DNA of 64,000 nucleotides from Clostridiales bacterium (GTDB lineage Bacteria; Bacillota; Clostridia; Christensenellales; UBA1242): NCBI GenBank assembly GCA_015055815.1, contig SVHM01000001.1, positions 41,774 to 105,773 of the forward strand, read 5' to 3'. Shown piece by piece: positions 18,802 to 25,420 of this stretch (position 1 is its first letter; each line of letters starts with the position of its first letter). The notes under the pieces were generated by a model. It saw only the letters and a program-made list of their open reading frames with translations, ran no database searches and was not told where the DNA came from. The position numbers and the translations under genes were made by a program.

Positions 18802-18963
18802 ATGAATAATGAAGAAAAAAATATGATTAATTTTTGGTTAAATAAAGTTGAAATTTGTTTAAGTCTTGTTAAAAGTTATGTTAAATATCCCAATAGTAGA
18901 CTTTCTGATGCTTTAGATATATTAACTGATACTGTTGCAGACTTTCCATTTAATTTAGAATAG
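18802..18963 (+). CDS. Phage hypothetical protein (53 aa)
   Basis: The ATG follows an AGGTG site and the stop lies inside the following terminator stem. Not in the ORF track. Confidence 0.4.
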   Translation: MNNEEKNMINFWLNKVEICLSLVKSYVKYPNSRLSDALDILTDTVADFPFNLE

Positions 18964-18990
18964 GGTAGTTTTTACTACTCTATTTTTTTT
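18960..18990 (+). terminator. Rho-independent terminator ending the + strand phage operon
   Basis: Stem atagggtag / ctactctat (one G-U pair) with loop ttttta, then T8. Confidence 0.7.
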
Positions 18991-19179
18991 GCGTTCACTC
19001 TGCTTATGCAACTGCTAAACTCTTTCGTGTTTTAATTGCTCAAAAAAGTATATACTACATCTTTGCTAATAATGGCAATAGTGGAAACCCGTTGCACGGG
19101 TGTACAAGTATTTTGTTTATTGCGAAGCACAAATATCTTAATACTAGATTGCCATTCATGTTCACTTAATACTATAAAA

Positions 19180-19273
19180 GAATTTGAAGTAAATTAGCAA
19201 ATTGGAATAAAGTATGAGAACGAAACAACTTAACTTTAATATTACTATGCTTAAACTCATAGTTAATTATATA
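19180..19273 (-). repeat. Copy B of the 94-bp perfect inverted repeat (rep fragment in the noncoding right end)
   Basis: Exact reverse complement of 17665-17758. It is flanked by hairpins ACCCGT/ACGGGT (~19088-19102) and CCCCTTA/TAAGGGG (~19291-19309). Confidence 0.9.
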
Positions 19274-19365
19274 GATTTAGATATAACCGACCCCTTAAAG
19301 AGTAAGGGGAATAAAGGGGATATGAAATTAAAATGCAACAATTTATAAATTTTTTGAATTTTTTG

Positions 19366-19394
19366 TTGACATTAAAAAATTGCTATGTTATGAT
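19366..19394 (+). promoter_or_regulatory. Near-consensus sigma-A promoter reading outward across the right att site
   Basis: TTGACA (19366-71), a 17-nt spacer, then TATGAT (19389-94). The predicted transcription start falls at the beginning of the 22-bp repeat. Confidence 0.55.
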
Positions 19395-19400
19395 ATAGAC

Positions 19401-19442
19401 ATATAGTAAGTGTTCGCAAAAGACAACTTTTGCGAATAGTTT
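19401..19442 (+). repeat. Right att/dif-like site (S2), 11-6-11 palindrome
   Basis: TGTTCGCAAAA-GACAAC-TTTTGCGAATA at 19411-19438; the inner 10 bp of each arm are perfectly palindromic. The 22-bp left part is identical to 12809-12830. Confidence 0.75.
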
Positions 19443-19673
19443 GACTATAATAATGTGGTGTGTTGTGTCGGTTGGTCCCATTAATTTGTATTCATGTATT
19501 TATCATTTAAATTTGTGTATTGATACTTAATTGATATTAATATATTTAATGCATTTTACGATTTACGATTTTCTTGTAATTTGATTGATAAATGAGTATA
19601 TTATTATATTTGCATAGTATATTGCATAGTAATATGCATTAGTCAAAAAATCAATTTTATATTATATTTTTAA

Positions 19674-19709
19674 TAAAAAAGATATCACAAATATAATTAT
19701 GTGATATCT
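19674..19709 (-). terminator. Rho-independent terminator of the NTase-like gene
   Basis: 10-bp stem agatatcaca / tgtgatatct with a 10-nt loop. A T-run follows on the minus strand (plus-strand aaaaaa at 19675-80). Confidence 0.7.
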
Positions 19710-19719
19710 AATTCTTCAA

Positions 19720-20601
19720 TTAATTATTTGCTAAAAATTTTTCTAATATTTTCAATATATGTTTTACATAATATGGTGACATGGATCTATATCTACTAGT
19801 AAAAGCTTTGTCTTGTTCATCTATTGTATTGAAATCTTGCAAGTTATGATTTCTTATAAAATTAATGATATTTATTAGAGTATCTTTTTGATCATTTACA
19901 AATAATTTATTGGGAACATTATATAAAATTGTTTCTATAATTTCTGAAGGAAGAGTTGTAATTTTTTCATCCTTTAGAAGAATATTTTTAAACATAACAA
20001 TTATTTGTCTGTATAAATCTTTTGTTTGCTTATTTTTTTTATTAAAATTTTCTATTAAAATATCAGGATATTCAATCTCAACTTCGCCATTCTTTGGATA
20101 AATAACTCCGCACTTATTGTCTTTATTGTGATAGACTAGACAAGGAATTATATTAATATATATTGCATCTACATTTGAAAAATCATTCTCAATACTAGAC
20201 TTAATTGATATCATATTTGAAGTTTTCCAAATCAAATTTGTGGAATTAAATGTTTTTGCTATAATCCCAAATAATTCATCTAATATTTTATCTAGTGGCA
20301 TATATAATTCTGGAATAGTTATTTTGTTTGATTTTCTTTTCTTTGTCTTAATATTTGGTTTGTAATTTAATGGTTGATCTATCATTAAATATAAAGTTAA
20401 AAATATGTCATTATGACAGTTTGTATTAAGAACATATTCATCACAATATGTTGCAAAAAAATTCTTAAACTCAAATAAATTTTTATCTGAAATATATTGC
20501 ATTACAACTTGTGATAATATATTTAAATATGACTGTTTGATGTTATCTAAATTTTTGACATCTATAACTTTTTTAAATTCGCTTGGTACAAACATATTCA
20601 C
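19720..20601 (-). CDS. Nucleotidyltransferase-fold (SMODS/CD-NTase-like) protein with apparently degenerate catalytic residues
   Basis: Layout resembles Pol-beta-type NTases. Strand 1 is HNDIFLTLYL where G[GS]x(n)[DE]h[DE]h is expected. Strand 2 is VDAIYINIIPCL where hDhhP is expected. Helical region LYRQIIVMFKNILL and LPSEIIETILYNVP. Assignment is by eye only. Confidence 0.4.
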   Translation of the reverse strand: MNMFVPSEFKKVIDVKNLDNIKQSYLNILSQVVMQYISDKNLFEFKNFFATYCDEYVLNTNCHNDIFLTLYLMIDQPLNYKPNIKTKKRKSNKITIPELYMPLDKILDELFGIIAKTFNSTNLIWKTSNMISIKSSIENDFSNVDAIYINIIPCLVYHNKDNKCGVIYPKNGEVEIEYPDILIENFNKKNKQTKDLYRQIIVMFKNILLKDEKITTLPSEIIETILYNVPNKLFVNDQKDTLINIINFIRNHNLQDFNTIDEQDKAFTSRYRSMSPYYVKHILKILEKFLANN

Positions 20602-20717
20602 CTCATACTTTTATTTTATCACATTAATTTTATTTTGTCATATAAATATATTTTTATATATTAATTATTTTAAAATTGTTTTACAAATTTAAAATTTAAT
20701 GATATCATATAATTATT

Positions 20718-20732
20718 AAACTATTCGCAAAA
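20718..20732 (-). repeat. Inverted arm copy (site 3) in the xer 5' UTR
   Basis: AAACTATTCGCAAAA is the exact reverse complement of TTTTGCGAATAGTTT (19428-19442). It ends 20 nt before the xer ATG. Confidence 0.7.
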
Positions 20733-20752
20733 TACTTAGGTGGTGATTAATT

Positions 20753-21799
20753 ATGGAAGAAAGTTATTTTGAGCAAAGAGATGAAAAAAACATCCTAAAA
20801 ATCAGAGAAATTAGGAAAAATCTTCCTGCATTTTGTGGTGAGTTTTTTAGGGGTATTGAACAATATACAACTCCCCTAACTAGACTTGGATATGCACGTG
20901 ATATAAAGCTTTTTTTTGAATTTCTAGTTGCTGAAACTGAAGAATTTTATGAAAAAAATATCATGGAACTTGATTTAGAAGATTTGGATAAGGTAAATTC
21001 AACCCATTTAGAGATGTTTTTGGAATATATTTCATTATACAAAGTAAACGGAAAAACAGTCAAAAATGGTGAACGTGCAAGATGTAGAAAATTAAGTTCT
21101 GTTAGAGCTTTGCTTAAATATTTTTATAAAAAAGATAAATTAAAAAGTAATGTTGCTTCTAAAATAGATACCCCTAAAGTTCATGAAAATCAGATTATAA
21201 GACTTGAACTTGACGAAGTGGAAAAAGTCCTAAATTTAGCCGAAACTGGCAATGATATGACTCAAATGCAAAAAGGATTTCATAAACACACTCAGGCAAG
21301 AGATTACGCCATGTTAAGCTTGTTTTTGGGTACTGGAATTCGTATTTCAGAGTGTGTTGGACTTAATTTAGACGACTTCGATTTTAAACAAAATGCTTTT
21401 AAAGTTACTAGAAAAGGTGGAAATAAAGTCATTTTATATTTTAATGATGAAGTAAGTGACGCATTGCAAAACTATATTCTACAAAGAAAAAATATTAAGG
21501 CTGAGCCAGGTAGTGAAAATGCCCTATTCTTAAGTTTACAAAACAAGAGAATGTGTGTAAGGTCGGTTGAGAAGTTAGTTAAAAAATATAGCAAAATTAT
21601 TAATCCACTTAAAAAAATCACCCCACATAAATTACGTAGCACATTTGGTACAAACCTATATAGAGAAACTAATGATATTTATATTGTTGCTGATGTTTTA
21701 GGTCATAAAGACGTAAATACGACCCGTAAACACTATGCTGCAATATCTGATGATATAAGAAGAAGTGCTGCAACTAAAGTAAAATTTAGAAAAGATTGA
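20753..21799 (+). CDS. Long-form Xer-type tyrosine recombinase (XerS-like by length and motifs; chromosomal, upstream of lexA)
   Basis: Catalytic set: ARDYAMLSLFLGTGIRISE (R), HKLRSTF (HxxR), LGHKDVNTTRKHY (H..Y). The VTRKGGNK beta-hairpin is present. 348 aa with an N-terminal extension. Confidence 0.8.
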   Translation: MEESYFEQRDEKNILKIREIRKNLPAFCGEFFRGIEQYTTPLTRLGYARDIKLFFEFLVAETEEFYEKNIMELDLEDLDKVNSTHLEMFLEYISLYKVNGKTVKNGERARCRKLSSVRALLKYFYKKDKLKSNVASKIDTPKVHENQIIRLELDEVEKVLNLAETGNDMTQMQKGFHKHTQARDYAMLSLFLGTGIRISECVGLNLDDFDFKQNAFKVTRKGGNKVILYFNDEVSDALQNYILQRKNIKAEPGSENALFLSLQNKRMCVRSVEKLVKKYSKIINPLKKITPHKLRSTFGTNLYRETNDIYIVADVLGHKDVNTTRKHYAAISDDIRRSAATKVKFRKD

Positions 21800-21806
21800 A
21801 ATATTT

Positions 21807-21820
21807 AGAACATTTGTTTG
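21807..21820 (+). promoter_or_regulatory. LexA (Cheo-type) box overlapping the lexA promoter -35
   Basis: AGAACATTTGTTTG compared with the GAAC-N4-GTTC consensus. It overlaps TTGACT (21817-22), which is followed by a 17-nt spacer and TATATT. Confidence 0.6.
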
Positions 21821-21878
21821 ACTTTAATGATATTATGTGATATATTATATTGTATAAAAATATTATTAAGGAGAAAAG

Positions 21879-22502
21879 ATGGGAAAATTTTCAAAAGAAG
21901 AACAACTTCTTACTTATATTAAAAGTTACCAAAATGATAATGGTTATCCACCTACAGTTCGTGAAATGTGCAAAGCGATTAAGGTTAGTAGCACAAGTAC
22001 AATATTTTATTATTTAAATAAACTTGAAAATTCTAATAAAATTAAGAAAAATCCTAATAAAAATAGGGCTTTGGAAATAGTTGAAAATACCCCTACTTTA
22101 GGCAATATTTCTACTATTTCAAATGATAATTTAACTAGAATTCCAGTTCTTGGTACTGTAACATGTGGCGACCCAATATTAGCAGTTCAGACATCTGAAG
22201 AATATTTTATGGTATCTCCTACTTTGTTTAAAGGTAATGATTTGTTTATGCTTACTGCTAAAGGCGATAGTATGATTAATGCTGGAATTTATAGCGGAGA
22301 CAAGATTGTTTTAAGGCAACAATCTTATGCGGATAATGGCGATATTGTTGCTGCCCTTATTGATGATTCTGCTACAATTAAGAGATTTTATAAAGAAAAT
22401 GGTCATTATAGATTACAACCAGAAAACGACTCAATGGAGCCAATAATTGTAGATAATGTACAAATTATCGGTAAAGTTGTTGGACTAGTTAGAAAGTTTT
22501 AA
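21879..22502 (+). CDS. lexA: LexA repressor
   Basis: N-terminal winged helix (GYPPTVREMCKAI) and S24 peptidase motifs (AKGDSMINAGI, ATIKRFY). The cleavage region is VLGTVTCGDPILA. Confidence 0.92.
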   Translation: MGKFSKEEQLLTYIKSYQNDNGYPPTVREMCKAIKVSSTSTIFYYLNKLENSNKIKKNPNKNRALEIVENTPTLGNISTISNDNLTRIPVLGTVTCGDPILAVQTSEEYFMVSPTLFKGNDLFMLTAKGDSMINAGIYSGDKIVLRQQSYADNGDIVAALIDDSATIKRFYKENGHYRLQPENDSMEPIIVDNVQIIGKVVGLVRKF

Positions 22503-22522
22503 AATTTAATTAAAAAAATCAA

Positions 22523-23449
22523 CTACTCAGTTAGTTGATTTTTTATTTTATCATATATTAATTCTACGATTTCATCATGATTTAAACATCCATTTATCCA
22601 ATTTATATAATTTTTTGATCTAAACCATGTCAATTGTCTTTTTGCGTAATTACGTGTGTGTTGCTTTATTTTGTCAATAGCAAACTCTAATGATGTATTA
22701 CCACATAAATACTCATAAATTTCTTTGTAGCCAATCCCTTTCATTGATTGATGAATATCGGGCGATAATCCCCTATCAATTAACCTTTTAACTTCATCAA
22801 TAAGTCCATCATCAAGCATTTTATCAACTCTTTTATTAATTCTTTCATAAAGAATATCTCTTGGAATATCAAGACCTATTACTAATGGAGATTTAATAAT
22901 GGGTTCAGAGTTATTTTCGATATTTGATTTCGTTGTACCACTTAAGCATAATTCTAATGCTCGGACAAGGCGTACTTTGTCATTTGGATGAATTTTTTCA
23001 GCTGATAGATTATCAATTTCCTTTAGTCTTTGATGTAAAATCTCACCACCTAAATTATCATAATCGTTTTCAATTGAATGTCTTAAATCTTCGTTATGAG
23101 TTACGCATCCATATGAATAATTAGAAATTAAACTGTCAATATAAAAACCTGTTCCGCCAGTTATAATCGGAATTATTTTTTTTCTTTTGAACTCATTAAT
23201 AACCCCTACTGCATGTTCTCTATAAATAGAAACATTCATAGTTTCATTAGCTTCAACTAAATTAATCAGATGATGTGTAATACCATTCATTTCTTGAACA
23301 GTTGGCTTTGCAGTACCAATGTCTAAATCTTTATAAATGTACATGCTATCCGCGTTTATAATTTCACTCTTAATTCTCTTTGCAAGTTTTATAGATAAAC
23401 TTGTTTTACCAGATGCGGTTGGACCAACAATTATTATTCCATCGTACAT
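22523..23449 (-). CDS. miaA: tRNA dimethylallyltransferase
   Basis: P-loop GPTASGKTSLS; motifs DSMYIYKDLDIGTAKP and TGGTGFYI. Confidence 0.92.
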   Translation of the reverse strand: MYDGIIIVGPTASGKTSLSIKLAKRIKSEIINADSMYIYKDLDIGTAKPTVQEMNGITHHLINLVEANETMNVSIYREHAVGVINEFKRKKIIPIITGGTGFYIDSLISNYSYGCVTHNEDLRHSIENDYDNLGGEILHQRLKEIDNLSAEKIHPNDKVRLVRALELCLSGTTKSNIENNSEPIIKSPLVIGLDIPRDILYERINKRVDKMLDDGLIDEVKRLIDRGLSPDIHQSMKGIGYKEIYEYLCGNTSLEFAIDKIKQHTRNYAKRQLTWFRSKNYINWINGCLNHDEIVELIYDKIKNQLTE

Positions 23450-23450
23450 T

Positions 23451-25418
23451 TTATACTATCCTTTTAAACCATTTTTCAATTTCAGTTTTTGTAACTTTAA
23501 TTGCAATTGGTCTACCATGCGGACATAGTAAAACCTGACCAGGTTCGTTTAATTTTTTCACTAAAATTTCTATTTCATTTTCTGATAGTTTATCTTTACC
23601 TTTTACAGCAGTTTTACATGCAGTTTTTGCAATATATTCTTTTAAGGTTTCTTGTCTAGAAAGCACCAACTTATTGTCAATATCTTTTAATATATTGTCA
23701 AAAAACTCATTTATATTTATATTATCAAATAAAACTGGAACGGTTGAAATTCTATATGAATTTGTACCAAAATTTTCAATTTCAAATCCTAGTTCTTTTA
23801 ATAAATCTAAATTGTTATTTATGTGGTTTGCTTCTATATTATTTGTTTCTAAAATATGTGGTATAAGAAGCGGTTGAATTGCAACTTGACTACTCTCTAA
23901 TTCTAGGTTAAATTTATCAAATAGTATTCGCTCGTGACCTGCATGTTGGTCAATAAGTATAAGTTCATTATCATTTTCAATTAGCACATATGTATTAAAA
24001 ATTGTACCAATTATTTTTGTCTTGGATATATTTTCTAGTTCAACAATTTCTTCTTGAATTACATTTTGTTTTATAGACGTTTGTTCAATATTTTCATCTA
24101 AATTAACTTCTTGAATTACATTATTTTTAGGTTGAGCAATCTTAAAATCTAAGGTTGATGGCGTAAAGATTGGAATTAATTTTTCACCACTTTCTTTTAC
24201 TTCATTTTCAAAATGTTTAATCTCTTTATCTAATTTATTTGACTCATATTCGCTATCATCATTAAGTGATACTTCTTCAATTTTTGCATTTAATGATTTA
24301 GATGTTGGATATTTGTAATCGTCTGATGATGAATTATTTGATGATACATAAGTCGAACCACTACTTATATATTTATTTAATTTACTAGCATCAACTTCCT
24401 GAATTTCTTCTTCAACAGATATTGTTTTAGTATTATTAATACCATAGAGTATTTCAGAAATATGAGAGTATACAATCCCAAATATTTGATTACTATCTTC
24501 AAATTTTACATCCAGTTTATTTGGGTGTACGTTAACGTCAACCTTATCAAGCGGAATATTTAAATTAATAACATAGAAAGGATAATTGCCTTTCATCATA
24601 AAATTTTCATATGCTTTGTAAACGGCTGTGGAAATAGATTGATTTATAACATATCTACCATTAATAAGTAATGTTTGGTAAGTTCTATTAGGCTTAGAAA
24701 AAACTGGTTTTCCAAGATACCCATTGAAAGAAAAATCACCATTTTTAAATTCAAATTCAAATATATTATCAACTATTGATTTGCCATAGATAGTATAAAT
24801 AGCATCATATAGCCCCGTTCCAAATGATTGATATACAACTTTATTATCTGCTAGATATTTAAATGAAATATCTGGGTTGGCAAGTATTAATCTAGCAATA
24901 TAATTTGTAATATCATTTTCTTCAATTTTAGGCTTTCTTAGGAACTTTTTTCTTGCTGGAATATTGTAAAATAAATTTTCAATAATAATATATGTTCCTT
25001 GAGTAGCCCCAATTGGTTTAATTTCATCAAGCTCTCCACCTTCACATCTAGTTTGATAACCTATATCATTTTCGGTTTTAGATGAAAGAGTAACTTTTGA
25101 AACTGATGCAATTGAACTTAGAGCTTCCCCCCTAAAACCAAGCGTTCCAATTTGAGATAAATCATCAATGTTTTTTACTTTACTTGTGGCATGTGGTAAG
25201 AAAACTTTCTCAAAATCATCCCTTTCAATACCGCAACCATCATCAGAAACAGAAATTTTATCAATACCGCCGGAAAGAATTTCAATAGTAATGTTTTTAG
25301 CTCCAGCATCAATACTATTTTCTACAAGTTCTTTTACAACGCTTGCTGGTTTTTCAACCACTTCTCCTGCTGCAATTTTATTATAAACTGATTTGTCAAG
25401 TATGTTAATTTTAGACAT
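23451..25418 (-). CDS. mutL: DNA mismatch repair protein MutL (endonuclease type)
   Basis: GHKL ATPase N-terminus (IAAGEVVEKPASVVKELVENSIDAGA) and C-terminal DQHAGHERILFD endonuclease motif. Confidence 0.95.
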   Translation of the reverse strand: MSKINILDKSVYNKIAAGEVVEKPASVVKELVENSIDAGAKNITIEILSGGIDKISVSDDGCGIERDDFEKVFLPHATSKVKNIDDLSQIGTLGFRGEALSSIASVSKVTLSSKTENDIGYQTRCEGGELDEIKPIGATQGTYIIIENLFYNIPARKKFLRKPKIEENDITNYIARLILANPDISFKYLADNKVVYQSFGTGLYDAIYTIYGKSIVDNIFEFEFKNGDFSFNGYLGKPVFSKPNRTYQTLLINGRYVINQSISTAVYKAYENFMMKGNYPFYVINLNIPLDKVDVNVHPNKLDVKFEDSNQIFGIVYSHISEILYGINNTKTISVEEEIQEVDASKLNKYISSGSTYVSSNNSSSDDYKYPTSKSLNAKIEEVSLNDDSEYESNKLDKEIKHFENEVKESGEKLIPIFTPSTLDFKIAQPKNNVIQEVNLDENIEQTSIKQNVIQEEIVELENISKTKIIGTIFNTYVLIENDNELILIDQHAGHERILFDKFNLELESSQVAIQPLLIPHILETNNIEANHINNNLDLLKELGFEIENFGTNSYRISTVPVLFDNININEFFDNILKDIDNKLVLSRQETLKEYIAKTACKTAVKGKDKLSENEIEILVKKLNEPGQVLLCPHGRPIAIKVTKTEIEKWFKRIV

Positions 25419-25420
25419 AT

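Larger units (their letters stand above)
12809..19442 (+). mobile_element. Integrated filamentous-phage-like (Inoviridae/Plectroviridae-type) element, ~6.6 kb, no integrase
   Basis: Bracketed by the 22-bp perfect direct repeat plus arm repeats. Contains a co-oriented array of tiny TM ORFs, a Zot-like ATPase, a pIII-like protein, a Rep_trans-like initiator and GC-rich hairpins in an intergenic region. No capsid, terminase, tail or integrase genes. Confidence 0.7.

Noticed and set aside
19326-19340. A 15-nt direct match AAATTAAAATGCAAC between the right-end noncoding region and rep (17902-17916).
   Set aside because: My rough estimate is that exact 15-mers are expected by chance many times in 64 kb of such AT-rich sequence. 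This differs from the 94-bp inverted copy.
19411-19438. The palindrome TGTTCGCAAAAGACAACTTTTGCGAATA read as a LexA/Cheo box.
   Set aside because: Its half-sites are GTTCG...CGAA, the opposite polarity and spacing to GAAC-N4-GTTC. It does not resemble the boxes found at lexA and recA.
19555-19568. Tandem short repeats or hairpins as a CRISPR array.
   Set aside because: There are only two 7-bp units with no spacers. No repeat-spacer periodicity occurs anywhere in the window.
22503-22523. Absence of hfq downstream of miaA, where many Firmicutes have miaA-hfq.
   Set aside because: Only a 20-nt gap containing a shared hairpin terminator separates miaA from the convergent lexA. hfq may be elsewhere or absent, which a single window cannot settle.
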